Positions 13,701 to 26,090 of a stretch of DNA of 64,000 nucleotides are shown here, in pieces (position 1 is the first letter of the stretch; each line of letters begins with the position of its first letter). Origin of the DNA: Vicugna vicugna (Eukaryota); the NCBI GenBank assembly GCA_013265495.1, contig MU061717.1:1984001-2048000 (forward strand), read 5' to 3'. The notes beneath the pieces are model-generated. The model was not told the origin of the DNA. It was given only the letters and a program-made list of their open reading frames with translations, and ran no database searches. The position numbers and the translations under genes were made by a program.

Positions 13701-14469
13701 GTGTAGTTCTGTTTCCTCCTGTGGATGCAGTGTGCCTGGAGGACCCTTCGGCCAGTGCTTGTCTCATCCTGTGCCTCAGCAGTCCTGTCTCGTCCACGTA
13801 ACTTCACATTACTCTGAAGTGAATTTTTAAAAACTCAAATCCATTGGGTATGGATTTTCTAAATAAAGGGGAAATTCTTCTCAGCTTTCAAACAAGGGAA
13901 GGGGCTGTGGCTCTTTTGTTTGTATCCTATCCCCAAAGCCCAGCACAGGGTTTGGCTTATAATAAATGCTAATAAATACCAGTAGAAAGAAGGGGAAAAG
14001 TCCAGGGGTTATTATTTGGAAAAGAGCTAAGAGGGGAATTCATTTTTGAGGAGAGAAACTGAATGTAATTTCAGGATTATTTTCTCCTCAAGTGTAAGCA
14101 TTTGGGGGAACTGTGGATAAACTTCCTTTGCAGGTGGGGTTGCTCCGGAGGGATGAAGGGGGTGGGATTCTCAGCTCATGTTCCAAGTTCATGTCTCGAG
14201 GGGGAGGCTCAGTGAGACTAGGGGCTGCCTCCTGACCACACACCTTTGCATAATTGATTAACTCTGCATAGCTGTTTGCATTTCTTTTCCTAAAATAAAT
14301 ATCATTTTCTAATGAACTCTCCAGAACTAATAAGTGCCAAAACCCAGGATGTGTGTTGAATCTTGTGATCTGATGTGATACACCCACAAAAGCTACAGTG
14401 CGTGATCTTGAATCTCAGGGCATTCTTAGTTCCCGAGGTGGTAAACAAACGAGCCTCTGAAAAAGCTAG

Positions 14470-14690
14470 TGCTCATTGTTGACCATGGGCCAGGCGTTGC
14501 ACTGAGGGCTTCACCTAGTTACCTCCTTTGATGATCTTTTTCTAAATCATCATAAACACTAAGAATTAGCACCATGAGTAGTAGCTCCATTTCCAGCTGT
14601 GGGAACAGATTCCTGAAGTGGCAGTCACTCCAGGTTGACACAGCAGTAAATAGTAGGACTGGATTTGAGTTGAAACAGGTTCCTAAAAGC
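14470..14690 (-). mobile_element. MIR SINE
   Basis: gggccaggcgttgcactgagggcttcac, ctccatttccagctgtgggaacagattc, gacacagcagtaaatagtaggactggatttga. Confidence 0.7.
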
Positions 14691-17600
14691 CAGGTGACAC
14701 AGCTCCTCTTTCATGGGTGTTCCCATTCTCCTGAGTGCTTTCTCATTTCAGCTGTTTGTCATCCTCATACTCTTGTCAGATGTGATAAAGGGCATTTTGA
14801 GTGGGTATATCACAGATCCCAAATAAACAGACCCGGAGGCCATAACACAGGTTGAGATTTTTGGCAAATCACATCACTTGCGTAAAGGTAGGTGGCAATC
14901 ACGCAGGGCGTTGGAGGACAGTTTTGGAGCAGTGCTGTGAGGGATAGATGTGTAGTTTATACCAGCAGAGACCATGAAGCCGGGGGAAACCACATGATGA
15001 GGGGACTTGCGGTTTCAGGGGGGAGAAGATTAAGGATTCTGGTTGGCAAGTCTCTTGGAAAATTTAAGGGCAGTAAACACTTTACATTCAGTACATGGGT
15101 ATTTTTTGGATGAGGCGATCCAGGTACTTGGAAACACTTAACTATAGTGAGTGAGCATTGTGGTTGATAAGCAGGGTTGACGCTGATTTTCTCTTCTGTG
15201 TTACCAGAAACATGAAAAAGACAGATGAATTTTTTTTTAAATTGAGTGTTAGGTTTTGGTAAAAACAGAATATAAAATGATTGAATACCTGGATAGAAGC
15301 CTTATTAAAAGGGAATAGCTAAGTTTATGCTAGAAAAAGATCATTAGTCATGACACTTTTTGGATCAAAGTGTCATGAAAATCAAAGATAATCAGTGCCT
15401 TCAGGAAATCTAATTTGATTGATGTACAACTGTTATTTCCCTTTTCTAAAAAAAGACAAATTTTGTGGATATTAACTTGGCAATACAACTTTACATAACT
15501 TTTGTAGCATTACAGGTTGATTTTGAGTTAATTGAACATTTTGAAGTTTTAATATCATTGGGAAAGAAGATACGTGCACATGAACTTAGATGAAAGAAAA
15601 AAATTAATACTGTTTGGTTTTTTTAAAAAAGATTCTTTTGTAAATAATGTGAATCTCTGTTATGAAGAAATATACTAGGCCTTCAGAAATAAAATAACCT
15701 TTCTCCTTTTTTTTCTTTCAAGGCAGATGAATGGGGATGCATTGTTCCCATTCATCTGGATAAAATGTTCAGGGTGTTGTTTCCAATGAAAGAGAAAAAG
15801 TTCACAGAATATTGTGTTAAGGTGCTGATCATTTAGGAAAAAAAATTTTTTTAACTCTCAGGAATTTTTTTATTAGTTAGGACATGTGGAAGAGTTGGGA
15901 TATTATCCCTGACCCTCCCTTTCTATCTGAAGAAACTCAGATAAACCCCAATGGCTCTGACTGGCAAAATCGCTCAGTAAGTAATCACAGATCCTTGTCT
16001 TAAGTAGGAAGAGAAGAAATTAAGCAGAAGGAGCTGGGGAACAGTGCTCCCTAGGGGCTCACAGACATTTGTGTGTTGGAGAGTTTCAGTCTGAAAGATG
16101 AGCATTTCTGTGTCTCATTGGGAAAGGGGGAGTATGGGCTCTTTCTTCTTTAAAAACAAACTCATCCCCTCCCCCCGCCCCATCCCATTACAGGTACACT
16201 GTGTGTTCCAGTCATTCCCCCAAACTTAGAAAACCTGTATATGAATATGAGACAGTGTGTGTGCGTAATGCTTGTCCCTGCTGAATTTATATATATTTTT
16301 AACAATTTCAATATTTTTTGTGTTTTCCAAAAATTTGTGTCTATGTATCCACACCTTTTTCACGTTTAGTTTGTGCTTTACTTTTTCATCTGCCGGTAGC
16401 TAGTGAGCCTTCCTCTGTACCACTAGATATTCCCTGCAAAGGGGAGTTGTGGGCTGAGAGCTTCTGTGGCTTCAGCGAGCCCCGACTTGTCCATCTCCAT
16501 TCGGCACTCCGTGTTCCAGTGTCTGCTCTGCTCTCAGCTCCTGCATCATGTTCTGTGCTTTTAAACTTAATGGTAGCCTCCCCCCTTTTAAAATTTAGAT
16601 GGATTTTAATGCATTGGAAAGTGGGCAAAGACCATTTTCACTCGATTACAAAGAGGAGCCTTCTTTGGGCGGAACAATCTCTAACCTCTTCAGTAATATT
16701 ATCATTTATCGTGTGTCCATTGTGGGGCTCAGGCCCCTTGCTAAGCACCCTTCCTGCTTTCACATTGTATTTATAGCTCCCCTGGCTGGGAGGTGGTGTT
16801 CTTGTTTTAGAAAAAGATGAAACCAGGGCTGAAAGCAAGGTGTGAGGCCAGGCCAGGACTGGAAGCCCCCTCTGTCTCTGACCTTGGATCCTGTTACTAC
16901 TTTTACTTGCGACTCGCTGGGACGTTGTGGTGGGCAGCAGGGGAGAAATCTTGGTAGGCACTTGGTGAACCACTGCATCTCTGCTAACCATTAACGGGGC
17001 CCCGATGAACTGGAAATCAGATTCATTAAAAGACCTAGTCCTGAAATACCTGAAGTTACAGAGGTCTCTGGGAGAATGTTCAAGATCTCTGAGGAGGGTA
17101 ACTGTTAACAGTCTCCTAAGAATTAGTCTTAGGCTACACACATGCCAGGAAGGTAAATAACCTTGACGCAGACAGGAGAAGAGCCTTTAACAAAATCTCT
17201 CATCTCTCAGGAGGAACCCTATGTGTCATTAGCAGTTGGTAAGTTAAGAAAAATAAAAGAACTGCAACTCAACTTCAGGAAGGCAGTGAAACATGATGTG
17301 CTAAAACCTTTAAAGGTTTGAGAGGTTGATTGTTTTGGTGACAAGGGTCAACTTAAGGATTAATGAGTCAAGAGATCTACAAAGTTAAAATTTCCTTTCT
17401 TTGCACTATTCAGTTCTGTTCAGCAAATACTTCCCCAGACCAAATGGAACCATTAGCCTGACTTCTAGCCTTTTTTTAAATGATGAAATTGTGGCCAGCT
17501 TTATGAATGTAATTTCCGCTTGACTCTGGAGACCATGGGTGAGATGAATTTTCTGATGCCTTAAGGAAAGTTGGTTGATGAAGAACTGGTTTCTCTGGGT

Positions 17601-19029
17601 CTCACCCGTGGTGTTAATGACCCATTTCTACCATGAGATTCTGACGTTTTTCAGTTACCGAAATGCATTAGTGTTCTCTGCCATGTAATTTTAAATCATA
17701 GGCACATTTGGGGAATAATTTTTATTCATATTTTGATTAAAAAAATAAGTGAAACCAAACTAAAATCCAGAACATTTTGTACGGCTGCTTCTTATTAAGA
17801 TTGTTTAGTCATTGGTGGGTGATGTGAAGAGAACAGTGCTCAACAATTTGAGAATTCTCTCATAAATCAAAAAAAAAAAATAGCATTGGAAGACAGGTTT
17901 TGTATAGTTCCAAATGGTGATTTAAAATCATTTGCAGTTGTTACCTACTTGAGAGTGGAGCTACTCTGATTGTAAATTTGCTGTTTGATGACCTCAAGTA
18001 CTAAAATGCCAGAGACGAGGCAGGCAGGACCGTCTGTAAGACAGTGTGCTTGAGTGCGCTTGCCTTCATGTCGCCAGGTTAGACCATCCGAGAGAACTAA
18101 AATTCTGGGGCTCTGAGCGTGCTCACTCTTCTTGGTAGAGCCTTTGCAGTAATGTCTAGAAATTGTTAGGATTGTTTGGGTTGGTAGCCAGAGACAAAGC
18201 ATAAACAGAACAAAATAACAATTTTTAATTAAAAAAATGTGGTTAGGAAGAAGTAGGTGTCTGCCCTCCCTCCAACAGCCCCTGCACCAGAGGAAAAATG
18301 GGTTTGTAGCATTTTTGGGGGGGAGGAGTGTATGTTACTGTAGTTCAGCCGTTGATGAAAGCAACATATGGTTAGTTTTATGAGGACTTAGAGACAGATG
18401 GTGACCTATGGGCTAATTATGCAGTGGGCAAGATTCTTTAAACAAATCACTGTGATTGTGGCATGGCTCTTTCTCAGGAGTTAGGCAGTCTGGACTGTTT
18501 ATTGTCACACCAGGTAAACACGTTCCAGGTGAATGGGGAAGAGGTGCTACGTGAGGGAAGTATATGAACAACTTCTTTTCTTCTCCGTATTCATTGTAGT
18601 GGCTAAAGAGAAAAAGGAAGAAAAGCAGTCAAAAGAGGCAGTTACAATAAAACCCTTGCTTATGCTACCACTGCACTATTTCGGACCACTCGCTTTCTGC
18701 AGAGCAGAGGGTTTGGCCCTGTTAAACATCAACATTCGACTTTTCATCACTTTGAATGAAACCCTCTTTGAAGGAGCGAAATAAGGTCTGAGATGAGCCC
18801 GCGGGCAGGGCTGCCACCTGGGAGCCCTCCTGCTTGCTTCTCCCGCCCCGGGAGCCGGCCCTGCTGGGCTCCCCAGTTCCCTTGGGCCCATCCCCGTGCC
18901 AAGGTTGCGCCCTCTTCTGGGCTCTCCCTCTCCCTGACTTCAGTTTCCTTCACTTTGCAACCATCTGACAGATTATTATTATTTTTTTAACTTAAACATT
19001 TGTTTATTTCACATCTCTTTTCCCACAGG

Positions 19030-19142
19030 AAAGCCTCACAAGGGCAAGGGTCTCAGACAGCTCTCTGCTGTGACCTCTGCGTCTGGAATAGTGCTAGCAC
19101 AAGAGCTTTTAAATATTTGCTGATACAGTTAACTGACTGATG
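19030..19142 (+). mobile_element. L2 3' terminus
   Basis: tctggaatagtgctagcacaagagctttaaatatttgctga...tgactgatga resembles the L2 end. Confidence 0.55.
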
Positions 19143-19289
19143 AGAACTCCTTTAATCTTCACTGTGCTGCACTGGGGGGCCCTGTTCTCTCTTGCCTGTG
19201 CCCTGGTCAGATGGCCCGCTCATGCACCGCTCATGTGCTTAGGGTTCTTGGCATTCAGCTCACTGTATTTCTAATGCCTTTTCTGGTCT

Positions 19290-19405
19290 TTCTCCCCTGT
19301 TGGACTGTCTCATCTTTGACAGTGGACATTTTAGAGGTTTTCCATGTTGTTCACAGTGCCCAGTGAGACTTACTGGCACTTGTTTATTGACCGCATGAAT
19401 AAACG
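19290..19405 (+). mobile_element. L2 3' terminus
   Basis: ctgttggactgt...cacagtgcccag...tgtttattgaccgcatgaataaacga, an L2-type end. Confidence 0.45.
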
Positions 19406-19449
19406 AATTCCCCAAGGAACATAGTCACTGCCCTGGGCTCTTTCCTTCA

Positions 19450-19556
19450 CAAAACCCTTTGAGGTAGATGGTTTCATGCCCATTTTACAGATGCTCAACT
19501 AAGAGAAGCAGCCATGATTTGAATCCAGATTAGCCTGACTTCAAGGCTCATCTTTG
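19450..19556 (-). mobile_element. MIR fragment
   Basis: aaccctttgaggtagatgg...cccattttacagatg and gatttgaatccagattagcctgacttcaaggctcat. Confidence 0.7.
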
Positions 19557-19639
19557 AATATGCCCATCTTTTCACACCTAAGGACTCTTTTCTTCAGCGT
19601 CAAATTTCTCAAACCTCATACATCATGACAGATTACTTT

Positions 19640-19918
19640 GTTTTTATTTTTTGTTTAATGTTATTTTAAAATACTTGATTTTTTTAGGGCAGTTTTCAGT
19701 TGATAAAATTGAGAAGATGGGGCAGAGATTTCCCACATGTCCCTTGCTCCTCACGCACCTTTTGATAACCACCTCCATTGTCAGCATGACTCACCAGAAC
19801 AGTACATTTTTCACCAAGGATGACATATCACCCAAAGTCCACGGTTAACCTTGGGGTTCACTCTTGGTGCTGTACATTCTGTGGGTTTGGACTACATATG
19901 TATCCATCATTATAGAAG
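19640..19918 (-). mobile_element. Old L1 (L1MB/L1MC class) 3' UTR end
   Basis: T-rich start then tttttagggcagttttcagttgataaaattgagaag...atcacccaaagtccac...ggggttcactcttggtgctgtacattctgtgggtttggac. Confidence 0.8.
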
Positions 19919-20930
19919 ATATATATATTTTTTACTTATCTGATTGAAAAACTGTATAATAGAAATGCTTTAAGAGTAGCAGTGCTTTTAGTTAAGAGCT
20001 TTATTAACTCTACTAATATACATTTGAAAAATAGCCGGTCCGCTACGTGGGAAGGCTTCTTATCTGTGATGATGCTTGGTGCTCCCTGGAGCATCAGCTT
20101 CCTGTAGTAACTCCGTGTCCCCTGGCAGCGCTGGGACCCCTCTCAGGCACCTCTATATCCCCTGTGTGTCCTTTCTTCTGTGAGTGGCTGCAGGCTTCTG
20201 GATCCGCTTCATTCTTTGCTCCACCCTTCAGGATGTGATGTCTCCTTGACTGTCTGTATAGCTCACAGCCAGCCCCATTTCTTCCTTCTAATTTGCTGCT
20301 CTGTAATAAGCCTCTGGTTCAGAAGTCAGGTGATCCAGCCTGCTGAAACTTGTCAGGATGAGCAAAAGGGACAGGTGGGCTCTGGGTGAGCAGCAGGAAC
20401 CTGGATGACATGGGGTCTGTCCTGTAGAGGAATCCGGCTATGGTCCTCATCAGGGTACCTGCTGCTAGGCGTTGCCCGGGCACTCATTGCACACAAGCCA
20501 GTGTCGCTCAGTTCTGTGGGAGGTAGGCTGTGGACTTAAGGGAGGTGGGGTGAGAAGAGTAGAGAGGAAGAAAGGATTGGCAGGCAGGATGAAGGAACAT
20601 GGCCATGGGCAAAGGTGAGGACTCGAGGGGCAGGTCAGCTTCATGTCAGGGCTGCCTCAAACCCCCTCCCTCTGCGTGAGCTTCCCTGATGCAGATGCTG
20701 TGTTGTGGCTTTTCACATCCGTGCTTTTTTCTTCTCACCCTGCAGAGGGCTGAAATTTGCAGTCAGGATTTGTCTATGCTCTATAAATAAGGCAAATTAA
20801 GGGTACAAATAAGATGCTACAGGGGACTTTACTTAGCCTTTCTACTTTAGAGGAGTGGTTGCTATTGTTTTGCTTAATTTTTTATCACAGATTATAGTTA
20901 AAACTGCTATTAATGTGGAGTCTCTGGGGG

Positions 20931-21249
20931 AAAAAAAGATACAAATGAACTTATTTATAAACCAGAAATAGACTCACATAGAAAACAAACCATGGTTACC
21001 AAAGGGAAAGGTCGGGGGAGGGAGAAATTAGGAGTATGGGATTAACGTATACACATTACTGTATAAAACAAATAAACAACAAGGACCTATAGCACAGGGA
21101 ACTATATTCAATATCTTGTGATAACCTGTAATGGAAAAGAATCTGAAAAATATATTTATACATATGTATAACTGAAGAATCACTCTACTATACACCTGAA
21201 ACTAACAACGTTGTAAATCAACTGTACTTCCATTAAAACATTTTTTTTA
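20931..21249 (+). mobile_element. 5'-truncated cetartiodactyl-type L1 3' UTR with target-site duplication
   Basis: acaaatgaacttatttataaaccagaaatagactcac...aacaaggacctatagcacagggaactatattcaatatcttgtgataacc...tacacctgaaactaac. Flanked by aatgtggagtctctgg (20912-20927) and aatgtgagtctctgg (21250-21264). Confidence 0.9.
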
Positions 21250-22894
21250 AATGTGAGTCTCTGGTCTACACCCGGGGTGTACCAAGTCCTACCTGGGGTA
21301 TCTCTCGCCATTTTCTATTGTTAGTGCCCTTTCCCCAAGATTTGGTTGAAAAGCCACCACAGAAATATGAGATGCTGATCGATTTCTCCACCTCTGTATC
21401 AGTTTGCTCATCCATTTGCCCATCCCGTCATACGCTAACTTTTCCAAAAACAAAATTTAATACATTTAAATACATAAAATATAAATATACAATATGTAAT
21501 ATGCATTATAAATACCTTACATGGTTTAAGGAGTCATAAGGGATGTGTGGACAGGGTATGATATTAGAATGTCTAATAATAAGCACTCAATAAATATTTG
21601 CTGTTAACTATGACACTTTTTTGTTTATTGTTTTTAAGTAAATTAGGAGAATGTGTGAAGGGAAAATCAGGGATAAAAGTAATCTTTTTGCACTGGTGAG
21701 CAATTGAACTTGCTGAAAGTGTGCTGCAAATGTTTCCCTGAGCTTCCTGTTAACCAGTGCTAAAAGGGAAACACGTCAGCCTCATGTTACAAAATACACA
21801 ATACTGCTTAGAGAAGTCATGGGGCCTGGTAGAATGGATACTGTGTGATAGTGTAAAACAGCTTTAGCAAAATCCCTACAGTAAACACCATGAGGAATTT
21901 TTAGGGCAGCTTCCTAGGATATTCCTCAGTGTTGGCCATTGGGACAACCAAAAAACGCATCTCAATAGAGTAGCCCACCAGGGACAAAGCTGTTTTGAAG
22001 ATGTATTCTATAGAATGTGTAATGGAAATACTTGTTTCCTATAATCTTCCAGTCTCACTCTTCTGCAAACACAGCTAGCATATTATACTAAGACTTGTTG
22101 GATTGTTGGGGTGGGGGGTGAGGTAAAAAATGTAGGCAGGAGGTATGAGCTCTAAGACCATCTTTCTTTCTGCTTTTTGATATGTCTCTGCCTTTTATAA
22201 TGTCTGTCTTTCAGTGCTCTTAGTTATGTATTTTCCTGTGTACCTCTGTCAACACTGTCATGGTGACTGAGGAAGATCCTATGTCTTTCCAAATTTTCCA
22301 ATTTTTGGTGACCCTAGAATATTTTCTTTGCTTTATACTGGACATCATTACTTTTTTGGAAAATTCCATTGGGTTGCAAGATAACAATATCTTGGAATTG
22401 TCTTGCTTTCTAATTTTGCTTTTCTTATCAACTGTGATTTTGTGATCTCTTAGATTCTCAGTGAGTGGAAAATTAAATTGTTAATATGAATTTCAGTTTT
22501 GGAATTTTGTACTAGATGAATGTGTGGTCATTACATAGGCAGTGCCTCTCAGGTTTGGTTTTGGCCTGAGTATTGAATGTTTGCCTTTTCATGGGTTGTC
22601 ATAGACCTGGCTTTTACCTTTATTTTATTATTGGGAGTTTTCTACAAATGTTGCTGCAGTCTCTCAGCTAAAGGCATTATTTTTCAGTCTTCTTGCTATT
22701 TCTTTTTCACCACTTACAGGATGAAAGAAGATAAAATTAGATATGACTTGATGTCTGATTTACAATCAACATTTCAGTGGATTCAAAAATTCGAGAAGGT
22801 GAAAAAACAACATTGATTCTTCTTTTTAGAAAATCATTTATCTCTTTTGGCTGAAAAAGTTTAGTTTTTCTCCCCCATGGTGTTCATTTTAGAA

Positions 22895-23065
22895 GTTCCC
22901 ATTGTACCCTGTGCATACCCCCATCATAGCACCTATATTTACTAAGATAGTAAATTAACCTGTCAACATCACTAGACTGTAAGCACTTTGAAGGCAGGGC
23001 TCCCTGGTGACTGGTGGAGTAGTATCTGGCATGTTGTAGATACTTGGTAAACCTTTGTGGAATGA
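22895..23065 (+). mobile_element. L2 3' end
   Basis: cactagactgtaagcactttgaaggcagggct...tctggcatgttgtagatacttggtaaacctttgtggaatgaa. Confidence 0.8.
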
Positions 23066-24524
23066 AAAGAGTGACCAGCAACATAATACCTTTATGGTCC
23101 CAAGTGGTCATTGGACTGGGCATAGCTACTATAGTGTCAGCTCCAAGGACTGTCCCAAGCCAAATCCAGTTCAGGAAACCTTCTCTCTGTGTTTTAGAGG
23201 TAGAGGCCCTACTCTGAGTCCCTGAAATTGAAAATCTTAGTCATCTTTGCATTTCTTTGTTCCCTTGATTTTCTCTTGTATTTTCTTTTTTGTACCCCCT
23301 CTGTTCCTATTGCCTCTACTCTAGTTTACACTTTTGGTCACCTAACACCTGTGGCTTGCAAGCTAGCTTTGCTGACACGAGTCTCCCTTGCTGGCCCTGC
23401 AGCAGGCAGACTGGCTGCCTCCGACATCCCTGCATGAGAACCCGTGGAGACGCTCAGTGTGGGCTTTCCCAGGGAGCTTTGCAGAGCAGCCTGTTCCAAT
23501 AGGCGCCCTCATTCCCTTGGTGACTCTCCACTCTATGGGCTCAGAAACAGATTTGGGGAGCATAACAAGAGTTCATCTCTCCCTCTTGTTGACTCAGTTC
23601 AGAAAATGGATATATAAAAGCGAGTTGCTAGCTTACTGATTTAAAATGAGAAGAGAACTGTTTCTACTTCCATTTCATGGCCTGGGATTCCAGTGTGGGA
23701 ACAGCGGGGACATACTTTCTTCCTGTGGCCAGACCTGCATGGAAAGCCAAATCATAATCAGACGCTTAGTCGGCCAGCATGGAATAAAAACAAAGAAGTT
23801 AAGTTTCAGATGGCATCAGGGTAAGTCGGAGGCATCCATTTCACGGTCCGGAGGCTTGCCAGTGGGAGTACCCAGAGGGAGTTGGCTCATCTCCGCAGGG
23901 GCACTGACTTGCCCCAAGGTCCTGAACCCTCCAAGGACTAAGGATGTTGCCTGTGGCTCTCTCCCCCTGTCTGTTGCTCGGAGCGTCAAGGCCACTGTGG
24001 CTGTCTTCAAATCTCCACTTTCAGGTCCGACCAGGCCTGGTCTGACGGACATTCTTGCACCTAGATTCAGTACTTTCAATTTGGGGTGGTTTCAGTTAGA
24101 GTGGTTTCTCTAGGATGTCTTTGCAGATCTGGACTTTTAAAGTTTAGCTCTGAAAGCAGGATTATTTCCACAATTTCAGAGCCTTACTGTTACCTAGCAC
24201 CCCTACCTCATATCTCTTTTCCTCTAAGACCTCATTAGCTCCCTGACTCTTGTTGGAGGAAGTCTGAATTTCTCTGCCTAGCCTTCAAGCTCCCGCCCGC
24301 CTCAGTTGCACTAGCCAGTCCTGATACCTGCTTTCCTCCCTGTTGAATAAGTGGCCTAGAGCAGAAGCCTCAGCGCAAGTCATTCATGTCTACTGGAGTT
24401 CTTTGAGCCCCAAAAATTTGTCTTTGTCTCTTTCATAGGATTGTTGTCAGGGCCAGATAAAGTGATGTATGATCATTTATTTATCGGTGTAGGATTCTGC
24501 ATGGGTAGGGTGACTTCTTTTAAG

Positions 24525-24675
24525 TTATCATATGTTGAGCACAAGCACTTCATACACATAGTTTCACTTAGTAGGTACTATTATTATTCCCATCTTACAG
24601 ATGAGGAAAGTAAAGCTTAAAGTCTCAGGACTGATAGGGGCTGCCTGATCTGTCCAACTCCTTTAATCCACTCTG
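24525..24675 (-). mobile_element. MIR SINE
   Basis: gtaggtactattattattcccatcttacagatgaggaaagtaaagct is the reverse MIR core. Confidence 0.8.
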
Positions 24676-24869
24676 AACTTCCAGTGCCCTCTGTCACATG
24701 AGGCTGGACTCTTCACTCACCTCCAAACTAGCCCCTCCTATTTCTTGCATCTCTGCTCCTCCAGTCTGGCGAAGACCCACTCACCTGTCCAAGTCTCCTT
24801 CAGGTTGTACCTTCTCTCACTCCTCTTTCCTCTCCAGCCCTCTTTGCTCATCATTGTCTCTGAACTCCT

Positions 24870-25055
24870 ATGGTGCATGAGGATGTACTGGAGTCAGACC
24901 CATCTGGGATTACATCCAGGGTCTGCTGTGCTGCTTTGAACAAGCTGGTTAACCTCTCTGAGTCACTGAAAAAATGGGCAGTTCCCTCATGGGGTTTCTA
25001 GATGATTCCTTAAAACAGTATATGTGAAAGTCCTTTGTAAATGGCTAAATGTTCC
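24870..25055 (+). mobile_element. MIR SINE
   Basis: tggagtcagacccatctgggattacatcc...gaacaagctggttaacctctctgag...gtatatgtgaaagtcctttgtaaa. Confidence 0.7.
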
Positions 25056-25440
25056 TGGCTTCCTCAGTAAATCAGCTGCTTTCAAACGTACTTTTACTCT
25101 GATCCACAATAAGAAGTATATTTTAACTTCATGACTTGGTGGTGGTGAATACACAGACTTGAATCAAAAGTTTCATAAGAGTTTTCTCTTACTCTTGTAT
25201 GTGTGTGTGTGAAAATCAGTGCTGATTTTGACCCGTTTAACTGACTTTGACTACCCACTATGGAAGGCTAGCCACAGTTTGGGAAAAAAACCCACCTGGC
25301 CCAGATGGCGATAGCCCTTTGAGGGCAGAGAGGTTATTTCCTCCAACTGCATCCTCACAGGCCTAACAGGTTTTGAGAACCTTGGCAGGTTCTGGTTGAT
25401 GGGTTTTTGTCTGGGGGGCAGAGGAGACTTGAGCCAATTA

Positions 25441-26090
25441 TACGATCATTTATCGAGTGCCCTTTTGCACGAATCGGCCAGCAAGGCCCTGGGGGCGGCT
25501 TTGTTTCTGCTCTGCTCAGGAGCCTGCACCCTCTTGAGGACATCGTGCTGGCGTCCGCGCACTTGGCCGCATAGCTGCAGCACAGCTGTTTCTGCGACAA
25601 TCGACTTCAGTGTTTGATTCCTCTCTCCCGGCCAAGGCACGTCTGTCGCCCACCCTCCCCCCTGGGGTTGAGGGGGGATCCGCTGCGTTGGTTCTGCCCC
25701 TGCCCCGGGCCATGCACCCACCCGCTTCAGAGGCCAGCATCTCTGTTGGCATCGTGTTTTCCCTGCTGTGCTGGCGAGGACGGCCTCCCGCAGCCTCCAT
25801 GAAGCTTAGCTGTGTATATGCCGCCTGCCGGCCTCCCCAGCATCCAGGCTTCCAGGGTAAAAGGCTCTTACAGCTTACATCCTTGGGCCGGAGAAAACAA
25901 GCCTGCCGCTTGTGGTGCCTTAGCACCAATTTGTCACCCACTTCACTCAGCGCTGGCCCGCGGCTTCTCCTCTGTATGGAATCTTTCTTTCCCATGGCTG
26001 CTCCAGCTGGGCTCCGGCCTGACATTGGAATCACATGTTTTGGCTCCAGCCGTTGGCATTATTCTCAAGGTTGTCAGCACGCATCTCTGC
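25441..26090. promoter_or_regulatory. CpG-island-like GC-rich segment (candidate regulatory element)
   Basis: About 33 CpG counted by eye in ~650 bp against a CpG-poor background; no repeat recognised here. Confidence 0.4.

Noticed and set aside
18810-18830. CTCF-like motif ccacctgggagccc (also weak candidates near 46570 and 57690)
   Set aside because: About three mismatches to the core consensus each; not supportable without a PWM scan or ChIP data.
22965-22995. miR-151-3p-like sequence ctagactgtaagcactttgaagg
   Set aside because: This is ordinary L2 3' sequence, from which that miRNA family derives; there is no nearby opposed L2 arm to form a hairpin.
23646-24113. 155-aa ATG-initiated ORF
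   Set aside because: No recognisable domain, low-information composition and no supporting gene structure; the length is within chance for 64 kb.
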